Source of the DNA: Amoebophrya sp. A120 | Lineage: Eukaryota > Protista > Dinoflagellata | Assembly: GCA_905178155.1 (NCBI GenBank) | Contig: CAJINV010000001.1 | Location: forward strand, 14,694,142-14,758,141 | Direction of reading: 5' to 3' | Length of the DNA: 64,000 nt | Part shown: piece after piece, positions 21,001 to 31,600 of the stretch | Layout: every line of letters begins with the position of its first letter | Position numbering within the stretch: position 1 is the stretch's first letter | Notes under the pieces: generated by a model | What the model was told of the DNA's origin: nothing | Databases searched by the model: none | The model's input: only the letters and a program-made list of their open reading frames with translations | Made by a program: the position numbers and the translations under genes

Positions 21001-24000
21001 GAGAACCGCTGTCAGCTGCGCCTCGTCCTTCTTCGTCGCTCTGTGAACGCGGCGCCGCTCCGAGTGCAGACGATGTCGAAACGGTGGTAATACCCACGAA
21101 ATCCCGCTCCAAAACCGTGTTCGCCAACCTTAGTATGTGCTCCGTGGAGAAGTCGATCAAAAATTCGTTCGTCTCTTTCTTCTTCTCTACTGAGGAAAAT
21201 TCGCGCCCAGTTCGCGGCTCCAAAGAACGCAAAAGTCGTTGAGCGAATGCAGCTCGGTCTTGTGCGGTCGGCAGTAGAGATTGAAGTTTCTCGTGGAGGA
21301 ATTCTTGTCGCGCTGATGTGATGTTCGTATTCATCCTCGTCGTATCGTCCCGACCTGTCGCACGTTGCGCGGATTGGATTGCGAGCCAAGTCGTCGCGAT
21401 TTCGAAATCAACGCTCTTGTTGCTGTCATCTACTGCAATGCGCCCGCGCTTAGGTTTACTATCAGTGTCAGTCTCTACCTCGAGAGACATGCCAACGCCC
21501 CGAGATGGCCGTACGACCATACTCTTTTCCGCCTTAATTTTTTCCTCTGAATCTTGCGGCCTTTCTGCCAAGAAGGTGACGCTACTCCGTGTGGTCCTTC
21601 CTCTGCTGTCGCCCGACTCCACTTCTACTGCTGACCAAGGTGCCAGATCCATTTCCGCGAAAATGCCGTTTGTTGGAAAGTAGAATGATGTAGCATCATC
21701 TTCTGTTCGTGCCTTCTGATCAGGGACGGGGACGCGACGTGTTCCCAAAGAACTCGGTTGAAAAGTTTTTTCAAAATCGCTCCAAGCCTGCTCTGATGAA
21801 CATTTTTCACTCTGGTTGCGATCCGGGTCGTTCGCGAAGGTCAACATTCCAGGAGCGTCCTGACAAAACCTGGACTGGAACTCGAGGCGCACGGAAAGAC
21901 GACACCGGAAGCAGATGCGGCAAAGCAGAGCAAAACTCGAGCACGAGTAGTTGCGTTCCTCTTTCTTGGGCGTTTTGTTTATTCCTTTTGTTTCTCGAGT
22001 CCTCAAATTGACCGCGGGCAAAACAATCTTTTCGTACAGAAAACCCAGGTGCTCGTTGTCCAGCAGCTCGGCGAAGCAACCGACCTGATCCAAGATAAAG
22101 TGGTTTACCTTTGCCACAAGCGCCTCCTCATCGGGTTCCATGCCCGCCTCTGCCAACAGTCGCTCACTGACCAAAAAGGTCAGCAGTTGCACGACGGAAG
22201 AGCGCACCTCCTCGCCTCCTTTGTTCCCCGCACTGGCCCGTACCAAGGGCGCCAAGTGCCGCAGTGCGGGTGCGTGCTTCGCGACCCTCGCAGCGAAGGT
22301 CGCCAACTTTTTTTCGATCTTTTTCCGTCGGATCGTTCTCAACGACGCGGACCTGTCTTCCGACTTAACTTCCAGACCTGAATTGCTCTCCCCGTACAAA
22401 GAGATAGAGGCCTGGTGCGCATCTTCGTGCTGTTGCTGCGGCACATCTGGAACCTCTTTTTGTCTTCCCTTCCTCGAGGACGAGGACCCGCGCTGGTGCT
22501 TTTCGTTTTCGCTCTCTTTCTCTTCTTCCGTGCTGTCGGACAACGGGTTGTCACGAAGGATTTCTTTCAGTGTGTACCAGTAGGCGTTGAAAGTTTGGAA
22601 GCCATACAAGTCGGAATCATACGACGCAGAGATCACCGCGTGCTCCAGAAGCAAGTGGTTTTTCCGCTGGTGCCGTACTGCTTGCGGATCTCCACCTTCA
22701 CCGCATTTATTCTTCAAGTAGAGGCGTATCAAAACCGGGTATCCGTAATTTACAGGAAACGCCTTCAGAAGCTCCAACGACGCGGCGTCAACGAAGAAGC
22801 CGCTGCTGTCGACATCACGAAAGAGCTTCTGCAAGAGCTGCTCTTGGCACTCCTCCGGAAGATTTGGAATGAACGCACACACGGCCTCGCTTAAACCCAC
22901 ACGGGTGGCAGCCGCAACTCGCGTTGTGCCACGGGGAAACGTGATCTCCTCGTCGTCATCCTTTTGCCGTGGTAGATGATCTTGCCCGACGAGGACATTA
23001 TCCTCGCTCGGAGAGGAGGACGGCGCATGCGATGCGTAGGTGCCATGTGTTAGGGCGCGTATGAAGTTCGACGATAGGAAGGTTTCGAAAAAATTAGAAA
23101 CTGCTTCTGCGTGTTCGCGAGGATCCGTCACCTCTTCCAACTCTCGACGTTCGGAAACTGTGCTACCCCTCAAAATCGTGATTTCCCAAAAAAGTGCCAG
23201 CATCTCGCCCATTCGGCGCTGCGTCTCTGTGGACGAGTGCAAAACGACCTGGTCTAGAAACTGCTCGACGTACCAATCCTGCAGCAATTGCATATTTTTG
23301 GCGCCCTCTTGTCTCGTTTGCTTTACCAGGTTCAAGCACCAGTCCAAAGCTTCTCCCGGGCAGGGAATTCTTGTTGCAGCATCAAGCTGCTGTGCGGTTC
23401 CGCTATACTCTTGTTGGCCGTCGTTATTTCTAAAACCGCGTTGTTCGAAATCCACGTGCAAACGCGCTGCGGCAAGATTGAGCTGACACACCTGCTGCAG
23501 CTGCAGCACCTGGGCATTTGCGAACCGGCAGCTGAGGACTTCACTGGATTGCGCGACCAAATTTTTCAGTTCGCTGATGCTGACCTCTTTCGCTCGGTGT
23601 GCGACGTCGAGCAGTCCGGAAGAGCAGTGCTTGGAAAACTCCGTCAGCGTGACGTCGAGCAATTCCAGATAACGCTTCGACTCGGATGAATCTGGACTCG
23701 TCCCGACACCTCCTGCCGCGCCACCAAAAACCCCTGCATTTGCCCCGCCTTCAACAGTCCTCGATTGGCTTTTCGCGAAGTGCGCACACTCCGCCACGAC
23801 AACGCGGCACGTCGCCATGATGCTCCGCACGAGTTTCAGGGCTCCTGGTCGGTTCGCAGCGAGAGCCTGCAACAGCGGGAGCACCAGGTGGAGCCAGCTG
23901 GAGAAATGCCCCTGCGTCAGAAACACATGGAAGAACTCCGTGCGCCAGGCCGTGTTCTGGCTCACCAAATTCTGCAGCACCAGACCCGCCTCTACGAAGA

Positions 24001-24337
24001 GGGTGACCACCAGGTGCTGCTCATTGTTAGGGCGACCATCCTCGTCGTTTTCTTGCGTTGCGCCGCGAAGGTTCTTTGGACCACCAGTGGCAGCCCCTGC
24101 GGGCGGGCCCACTCTTCCTTGTTCTACTACCGGCAGTCGATTTGCAACGAAATGCTCCTGGTACTTTCGCAGCAGGACCAGCAGCGACTTGGCAAAGGCC
24201 ATTGAAACCTCGCCGGTCTGCTCCTCCTGCAGGAAGGTGCGACATTCTCCAAAAAGTTGGAGCATATCCGGGTCCGGGCGGGTGGCTAGTCCGTTGCGGT
24301 ACAAAATGCACCGACGCTGCAGCTCCTTCTCGAGCAT
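18089..24337 (-). CDS. Large single-ORF protein: kinase-like (probable pseudokinase) domain plus C-terminal HECT E3 ubiquitin ligase domain
   Basis: Kinase-fold motifs VKIK, FLNE, HPHVL, IVHGNI, LSDFA, YRAPE, SDWYS. HECT motifs GESGVDGGGLRRE, LQKFLSFA and RLPAAHTC...DMPVY...LAKLRQAI with the catalytic Cys. First ATG at 24337; the ORF is open from 24367. Confidence 0.88.
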   Translation of the reverse strand: MLEKELQRRCILYRNGLATRPDPDMLQLFGECRTFLQEEQTGEVSMAFAKSLLVLLRKYQEHFVANRLPVVEQGRVGPPAGAATGGPKNLRGATQENDEDGRPNNEQHLVVTLFVEAGLVLQNLVSQNTAWRTEFFHVFLTQGHFSSWLHLVLPLLQALAANRPGALKLVRSIMATCRVVVAECAHFAKSQSRTVEGGANAGVFGGAAGGVGTSPDSSESKRYLELLDVTLTEFSKHCSSGLLDVAHRAKEVSISELKNLVAQSSEVLSCRFANAQVLQLQQVCQLNLAAARLHVDFEQRGFRNNDGQQEYSGTAQQLDAATRIPCPGEALDWCLNLVKQTRQEGAKNMQLLQDWYVEQFLDQVVLHSSTETQRRMGEMLALFWEITILRGSTVSERRELEEVTDPREHAEAVSNFFETFLSSNFIRALTHGTYASHAPSSSPSEDNVLVGQDHLPRQKDDDEEITFPRGTTRVAAATRVGLSEAVCAFIPNLPEECQEQLLQKLFRDVDSSGFFVDAASLELLKAFPVNYGYPVLIRLYLKNKCGEGGDPQAVRHQRKNHLLLEHAVISASYDSDLYGFQTFNAYWYTLKEILRDNPLSDSTEEEKESENEKHQRGSSSSRKGRQKEVPDVPQQQHEDAHQASISLYGESNSGLEVKSEDRSASLRTIRRKKIEKKLATFAARVAKHAPALRHLAPLVRASAGNKGGEEVRSSVVQLLTFLVSERLLAEAGMEPDEEALVAKVNHFILDQVGCFAELLDNEHLGFLYEKIVLPAVNLRTRETKGINKTPKKEERNYSCSSFALLCRICFRCRLSVRLEFQSRFCQDAPGMLTFANDPDRNQSEKCSSEQAWSDFEKTFQPSSLGTRRVPVPDQKARTEDDATSFYFPTNGIFAEMDLAPWSAVEVESGDSRGRTTRSSVTFLAERPQDSEEKIKAEKSMVVRPSRGVGMSLEVETDTDSKPKRGRIAVDDSNKSVDFEIATTWLAIQSAQRATGRDDTTRMNTNITSARQEFLHEKLQSLLPTAQDRAAFAQRLLRSLEPRTGREFSSVEKKKETNEFLIDFSTEHILRLANTVLERDFVGITTVSTSSALGAAPRSQSDEEGRGAADSGSPAEIKSSKFADEFQWLTATSRTSGKRVKIKRYTQGDRDAFLNELLLLSRLGAHPHVLAADGYFVEEVEEVEAGASQVEEQGTKAISSALRPRFFYNLQFPSFGCPQDDSSVGLRRFFFAGSYETRVSSAPTNILGISCCFSHQIACALCFVHERRIVHGNITAEAIVVADAASGNPRALLSDFATAVDLSGETAVFLKKRKAPLMDLLNGDGGNRDDYRAPEVFPILGKNAENLPPTVESSEGHGPTPLSDWYSYSVLVTKMLVFPRDFDFQISSLPRHGVTGLVTIPTQIALPVGGDVDSGGRFEESEDLWLHAVDFVQTLLLESPAARLGRMPGGEVLLHPLFAFGRAMSGAGGPGPLMLSSETSRKSRNTSAAGDAHPPSPRLAWNHEPSSCSEAGSSDEKKQTAEPGGQQLSGSADEPKLEVFEHLSFLREQYRYVCSKEPLVFQRAKVFQQILRSNLPDWRADIILGEWRTQLEGESGVDGGGLRREIFHLFFEQMFSDASFVQGDGDGILDGAPTCVFFHLPKNPKNYYTSTTSRPQSGKSEQMQHRTRHDWRRAWRCIGLMSLRCLIHCHQLPCPLSPLVWSAVLGQCGRLPPDTSISTYYAGAEFSAEEQDVPHSAVVRQMHTLRANRGDTWARELLNYFLHCLSLFDPNRERSYRWMLSCVVFEHKIKTAAPVLGALLPVEVVADLFDDLLDERALAWLKYDSHEILLVETITAGKIAPGVDTEITSKSEHQQQEQDDHDEAKPVRQRFHHLGRSSGLLEWVILWDIYLHFIGDSTERWDAYSSFSEGLTMCGRFARLFTPAVLVRSTTSAAGAPLSSSSCVSVDNRSPALGLQFLRVFINGKNLSGKAVLENVEFQPEIGYEKQQTFFKSILTDDFTRAELQKFLSFAISVTQLPISGKFPGNQKLLIRFLGDGEEDVQRLPAAHTCTWTVDMPVYDTKAVMLAKLRQAIELGPLPFAIS

Positions 24338-25646
24338 GTTGGTTGCCGTGCTGCGCTTGTTGCTCAAGGTGGTGGTTATGACACAAGTTGAGGCAGCGCA
24401 AAATCATTCGCACTCGTTGTGTTGTACTCTTGACTTAAATCATTTCAGTTTTTTGTACTTACTTAAGTAATACTGGAACCGAGTACCCAGGAGCAAGAAC
24501 GAAATTTGAGGACGAATAAAAAAGGTAGTAGAGCACAGTGCATCTGCATGTTCTTGGCGTGGTTTGATGTACATGAGCAAACAAAAAAAGCGGGTCGCTT
24601 TTGATTCAAGTCGATATGCGTGTATTTTTTAGCTTTACCTTTTTTATGTTTATCCGCGTCATAAACGACCGACCTTGATCCTGTTCCTAAACTTCCAGAT
24701 CAAGGACCAGGGGTGGGTAGCATCGACGCTGTGCACGATCACATAGGCCTCATCGTGTGTGTACAGGCAAAGAAAGCTGAGCTAGCTGAAGATACGAGGG
24801 AGCTGCAACGAGTACGACCGGCGTCCACCAAACGACAATGGCAGGTGATCCTGTTCGAAAGCGGCCTGGCAACTGCTACAGAGGAGTAAAGGTAAACGCA
24901 TCGAATTCAATAATAGAACAGACTTTGCAGAACAGCGCGGAACGATACCAGGAACGGGGTCCCAACAAGGAAATTCAAGTAAGTAAACTTCTATTCAGCG
25001 TGCTTGTTGAATAAATGACACTTTGACTGTGTTTCAAAACATATCAAACAAATATGCCTTCATTATACAGGGAAGTGGTTCATGAGGGGAAGAGGTCCTG
25101 CTGCACCATCAAAACAACATTTGCAAAGGCAACCATTGTACAAAGCGAAAACGAATCCAATTTTTATGATGTTGATGCGGTCCAACAAAAGATGTCTACA
25201 GATAACATTACGTTAACGTTATGTAAGATTTTTACAATTTTGGATATTTTCATCCACCAGCAATCGTTGAGTTACAGTGTAAAAGTGCGTCGAGCCTCCG
25301 TGTCGGTGCTGGTAGAGCCCACCTCATCTACAATTCAGCTACACAGATAACTTGTGGCTCAAAAAAAGCTCCCTATCCCCGATTCCAAAAGTTGAAACAA
25401 GGAACTAAGCATATCAAGACAGCACGAAAACGAGTGAGACTGTATCTGAGTGAAAAATTGAAAAGGAAAACACAGTGAAACAAAAAACATAAATGCCATT
25501 CCGGCCTATGATATTCATTTTCGTCGTTATTAACGTCAATAGGAATAGACATAGAGTAGTTTTACGTGATTTCTCTTGAGAGCACGACGTGGTACTCGCG
25601 AAAGTGCCCAGAAGAGTACAGCAAAACAAATATAAGCACCTTCTGC

Positions 25647-28600
25647 TTACTTGTCCTCTGGGATGTCGTCGAGATTCAAGACAACGTGCCTGGAAGCAGG
25701 GCTTCTTGCTCCAAAAGATGATGATGAAACGCAGCTTCCCAAGAGAAGTTCTTGCGACCGCCTTCTTGCAAGCGAATTTCTACTGTGGACCGGCCGCTCG
25801 CAAAGCGCGATGTAGGAATCTGCTCGCGGGGGGTGGCCGGCGAGCAACACCGCAAAGATGTTAGACCGCACCGGATGCGTGCGGACGGATTGCACGTACG
25901 GATCCGCCGGCGCGTTCGCGGGAGTATCTTGCTGCCGCGTTTGTGCGTCACGCTCACCACGGTCACTGTACAACCGCGACTCATTTTGCTGATGCAGCGT
26001 TGCTGGAGAGGCTCGTCTGGACGCGTAGTCGTGCAATGGGCGAGTTAAGCTCCTGCTCGACACTGCCCCAGGAGATGAATTGTTACTGTTGGTTCGTCGA
26101 CCTGAAAATGGCCTTCCGTAGGCAGACGTGTCAAAACCTGTCCGCGTCGCACCTCCCCCGCGTCGGGGAATCGCCCGCCCGGTTTCAGCATATCTACCCC
26201 CTGGACTCGACTCGTCGTCCTCTGCCGATGTCGGTTGCCCTATGACCGCGCTCCCCAGCGCGGGCGCTGGTGGTCCAATAGCATCGTCATCCTCGTTGTA
26301 GCTCGCCCCACCTGAACTTTGTTGACGCGCAAGCGCTGCAGCTCTACTTCTGGAATATATTCTTGCAGCTCCTCCGGAATGCAGTTGCTCTTCCTGCTGC
26401 AGCACTCCGGTCTGCAAATTGGCCATGGGATCGCCTTCGCTGGACGAGGTTGTCCAGTTGGAGCGTGTTCTGCGCGTCGCAGCCAAATACGTTGGCGTCT
26501 GCAGCAACACTTCTGCCGCCCGGGACCGCATCCGCGGATCCGCGCTTTCTGTTGGCATCATCGGGGACGGTTGCGACGCTGAGCTAATAACGCCCTGCTC
26601 TCGTCTTGTCGCATAGCTACTTGGCCCTTCATCTTCCTCCAGCAACGGGTAAGTGTCTGTGGTCTCGTAATAGTTTTCAGTGCGCACAACATCCGCACTT
26701 CTCGCATTTTCATCTGCATCTTCGTCCAAGACATCGAGATGCCTGTCCTCCTCGTTGCTTTCCGCGTCCTCGAGCCGTTCGTCGTCGTGCCGCCGCAGGG
26801 GCAGCACGTTCAGGGCTGGACTGAAAACCGGGCTCTGCCCTGCCCGCCGGGCCGCGGGCGACTGTGGGACGACGGATAAAGAGGAGCCCGCGCCGCCTCC
26901 GCGCACATTCGCCGCGGTTGGCTTCGGAAAGTACTGCGCCGCGATCGCGTCGTTGGTAACGCGGATCTTCCCGTAGTTTTCCCCCATCACGCCCAGCACG
27001 TGCACGTGGCCCTCGTCCGTGGCCCCGGTGACGAAGCACTTGCTGTTCGCGAAGTAGACCGACCGGCGGTACCGGGTCGCGTAGGAGGGCTTGCGCAGGA
27101 TCCCGGCAAAGCGGTTGGGCGTGCGGTCGGGCTGCGCGATCTCGTACTGCAGCACCCGGGTGTCGACCCCGGATGCCAGCAGGTACCGGTCGTCCGGCGA
27201 AAAGGCGCACATCACGTTCAGTCCCCCCGTGTGCCAGGTGCAGCAGGGCCGGTTCGATCTCTGCTGCCGCAGGTCCCACAACTTGCAGGTGCTGTCGAAA
27301 CTGGCGGTGGCCACCAGGTGCGGGTGCGTGTGCGCGAACCGGCTGATGTTGATGAAGTGCTCGTGCGCGCCGTTGATGATCTTGATCGGGAAGTTGCGGT
27401 TCACATCGAACACGCCAAGCTCGTGCGCGAAGCCCGAGGCCACGAAGTAGTCGTTGGTGGCGTTCGCGGAAAGAGAGGAGAGCTGCATGAAGGGCTGGTA
27501 CAGGTGGAGTTTCTGCAGGTTGTTGGTTTCCACGTCGCGCTGAATCATGCAGACCGAGCCACTGTGCGCCGCCCCGATGAGCGCGCGGTTGGGAAACAGC
27601 GGGAGCCAGGAGAGGCCGAGCAGCGGATTTGCGTCGATGAAAACGGAAGTTCCCACCTTCTTATCCTTCACAATGTCCACGACGCTCGCGTGCCCGTGCT
27701 TGTCGCCCACCAGCATCAGTCGGTCCGGCGCGAAGGGCGCGAACTCGAATTGCCTCGCTTGCTTCGTCGCTTCCAGGACCCGAACCGGCACCGGGGGCGG
27801 CAGCGCGATGGGTGAGGCTAGAAACCGCGCGTCGTCCGTGTGGTCGCGGTCGGGCTGATCGCGCGTGTCAATGAAGATTTTCTTCGACTTTGCGGCCGCT
27901 GTCAGCCGCGTTCGACTGCGCTGCACGGGACTTGGCGGTGGACTCTCGTGCTCCGCCGGCACTGCGTGAACATTATCGGCAGGAGCCGCAGGGGTAGTAT
28001 GTGATGAAGAAGATGTTGCTGCGTCCGACGGTAAAGGTAATATAAGTCGCTGGCGTGTTCTCCTCGTCTCCTGTAATAGCGTAGCTTCATCACGCGCGCC
28101 AAGATCTACTTCCTGCCTTCCCACCTCCTGTTGTGCTTCAAGTGGAAGACCCTCCAGGACCAGCTGCGGCTGCTGATCTCCCTCACGTTCTCGGCTGCTC
28201 AGCACTGGGACTTGCGACCGAGCAGGCGAAAACCGGTCGTCAAACAAACTGCCCCCGGTCGTGGCGCGCTCCGCGACCGGGGACGCGTAGTGGTACACCG
28301 AGTGCGGCTGATGCGCTCCGCGACTCGCAATGCTCTCGACGTTTTTTGGTGTCCACGAGTAGGTGATCGGAATGGACGTCGAGAACCGCTTCACAGGCGA
28401 GGAGGCTGTGTTCGCAATCTCATCAATAATGAGCGAGCTGGAGCTTCCCTCGCATCGACGTCGCACTGGTACAGCAGCTGCAGACGTCGTCGCACTGGAC
28501 GAGCACGGCCGTACCGAATCTTTTTTGCTCATTTTCCGATCAATTGGACTAGAACTGCTAGAAGCACATCCCACCCGTGGAGGTCCTGGAGGAGTTATTG

Positions 28601-31600
28601 GAAAAATCTCATTTACATTTCCTCGATCATTTTCGTCAGAAACCGCTAGGGCCGTACTACTGGCGTGGGAAAAGTCGGCCCCTTCGGAGGCCAGGATTGA
28701 CGAAGATGCGGCAGATGTCAGGGTGGTCGTGCCGCATCTCGTCGTGCCTGATGTAGCGGTACTGGAAGTCGGACCCAGCCCCCCGTGGACCTCCTGTTGT
28801 TCTTCCGTACTGTAGTTCGCGACAGCTTTTTTGCTGTTTTCCACCCCATGTGCATTTTTACTGGTCGCTGTCACAGAAGCCTTTTCGGGGAGCCCTGCAG
28901 TAGTCTCATCTACTGGCGGTCCGTGCCCGTGCGTAGAATCGGTCAGAACTGCACTGCTGCTGCTGGAGGAACTCGAACAGCTAGAACTACTCGAGCTGCT
29001 GCTGCTATTGCTCTTGTTTGTTCCGGACGCTGCGCTCGAGGATGTTCCAGTTCCGCAGTAGGTGACTGTTTTCTGCACGAATTCTTCTTCCACCGAAGAT
29101 TCAGATATGGAATTGGACCCGGCCGCGCCGAAGGGATTGCGCCCCCTGCCGTAGGGATCGCTGTCAATGGCATCAGGCTCCTCGAGAGATTCCGACAAAG
29201 GACTATCAACACTGCCGGTCAACATCTGGTCCAGTGCTTCTTGCGACGGTCCGGCCCGCCCACGCGTTCTGGGTTCGCCCTCGCCGTCGCGAGCGGAGGA
29301 CGAGGATGCGGGGAAGACCTCCTCGCCGTCATCATTCCCCCGTCGTCCCGTGGCGGCAGACCGAGAAGCAGTCGCCTCCCCACCTCGCTCGCCCCGACGG
29401 GAAGAGCTAGACACGAATCGGTTGGAGTTTGTGGAGGACGCCGTTTCCTGCGGTGAGGTAGAACCCGCGCGGGGCGACAGGTCCGGCCGGCTTCTCCTAC
29501 TCGGGGAAGCAGTGGTCGCGTGAATCATGTCGAGCAATCGCGTCAAATCCTCGTCGCTGATGGAGTGTAGGTGTTCCGCAAGCTCCGGCGCTTCGCGCAG
29601 AAGAACGGACAGCGTCGCCGCATTCCGGGTTCTGGTTAGCCGGCGTAGCTGCGCCTCGTAGTACGGATCTGCTGTTGTTGATGTCCTCGGAGACTGCTCA
29701 CGATCATTTCTAGTGGTGTTGGTGTTGACGAACGGCTCGTCTTCAGGAACTCCTACAACGTTAGTAGAAGAGCTTGCTGCGGAAGTCGCACTTGCTGGCG
29801 CTTGTTCCTGCACAGCAGGATCCCCAGGCCGCTGCGCTAATTCGTTAGTACCTGTGATCTGTGACGAGGTAGGTGCAATTCCATCACTGGATCCGGAAGC
29901 TGGCACGATCAATACCTCCTCCGTCACCAATGACTGCGAACGGCTGCGACTGGGAGCGGTTGTCGGATCCCGTCCACTGTAGGTTGCAAAGGTTGCAGGG
30001 TTCTCGGAGTCGAAAAACAGAGGTGAATCGGATTTTTCTCCTGCTTCAGCTAGTTCGGCTCCTGCCTTTGTCTCCCTTTGCTGTTCATCTTCTTCAACTC
30101 CCGTCTCTTTTGGAACAGCGAGTAACCCTTCCGAAGAAGCCTCATCTCTCCTGTCGTTTGTGCGCACCTTGCTGGTCCTCACAGGTGGTTCCTCATTACC
30201 CTGCGCAAGCAAACTAGCGTTGACAAGCGCATCCATTGCCGCGAGCGAATCGCTATTCGAATTCAGCTGTTCCATCGGGCTTACGCGTGCAATGGATGAT
30301 ATTGCAGAAGAAATGCTTCCGTTATCTGGTGAAAAAGCGAGAAAATTATGCGACGCGGAGTCGTTGTTTACGTGGTGGTCACCAGCAGTTGCGCTGACAT
30401 TCGGGGCCGGCGAACCGGCGGAGAACATGGGTCGAGGGTCGGGCAGAAAAACGCCTGGCGCTGTTGTAGTTCCCAAGACCCTCTCTGGGGAGGTAGCCGG
30501 AACCTCCACGTACTGTTTCTCGGAAAACTTTTGTGAAGCAGCCAGCGGCTTGTTGTGTAACAAGTCAGACCCTGTTCTTGCGTTTTCCAGCGTATTCTTC
30601 TTCTCGTGTGTCGCATCCTGGAATAATTCCAGACTGCTGCTAGTTGCTGACGCGTAAAAATCGTCCTCCTGAGCGACGCAGCTTGAACCACAAGAAGAAG
30701 ACGACGACGGAGTGCCGGCATCGTTGTCTGACTCTATTGCTCCTCTTTGCTGCGGCTTACAGTCGCTCGAGACCGCGGTGCGAAAATCGAAACTGTTATT
30801 TTGTTGTGTCGGAGTGACTGGTGTCTTTGCTGCCCTCGTAGCTGCATCAATGTTGGCGCCACTATGATCTCGGCGCGCTTCCGGCGAAAATTGCAAAGCG
30901 CCCGCCACCCGAACTGAGCCACCAAGTTGGTCCTCCCTATGTTGTTCCCCGACCGCAGTTTCATCAAAAAAATTAGCCTTGGCGTCTTCGGCTTCGGCAC
31001 CTTCGATTTCCTGGTCTACCATAAAAAATGGCTCGCCTTCGCCTGCAGCAGAAGTTTTCTCCCTATCGGAGTCGAAAGTCGCATGGCCGTTCCCGCTGGC
31101 ACAACTTTTCGGGGAGTAGAGGAGGTCGGCGGTCCAAAAACAACCGGTGTCAGTTTCGGGATCCCACCAGAAGGCCGATTCCAGCACTGAGCGACGTCGT
31201 GGCGCAAGGTCACCAGTGACGCGCGGTCGGGGCGCGCGCGTTAACTCAGCAGGGCGGCTACTTGTGCTGGTGCCACGATTGTGTTTATTCTGGTTTCGAC
31301 TGCTGCTTTTCCCACTTCTTCCAGGCATTTTCGCGTTAATATTTGATCCCGAAGTAGAAGCGCAATTTTCGGAGGAAGATGATGAAGACTGCTCTGCGGC
31401 GACAGAAACACTACTCTGTCCCGTCTTCTGACGCTCCACAGCACCCGCACAACTTGTTGCATGTGTATCGCTTTGGAATTGCGTCAGCGTGAGCTCCTCC
31501 ACCGCGCACCAAAAAAGGGAACGCAAAGGGGCGGTTAGGTCGTCGTGAAAGCCGCGCACTTCCGACACGCCGCACAACTCGCTGATTTTGTGGATCAGTG

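Noticed and set aside
24672-24705. Hairpin CCTTGATC...GATCAAGG
   Set aside because: An isolated 8-bp stem expected by chance; bacterial-type terminators are not relevant here.
27000-27815. Plus-strand ORFs antisense to conserved domains (also 497-1084, 40901-41386, 53301-54392 and others)
   Set aside because: Shadow ORFs caused by GC3 bias of the minus-strand genes; no recognisable motifs.
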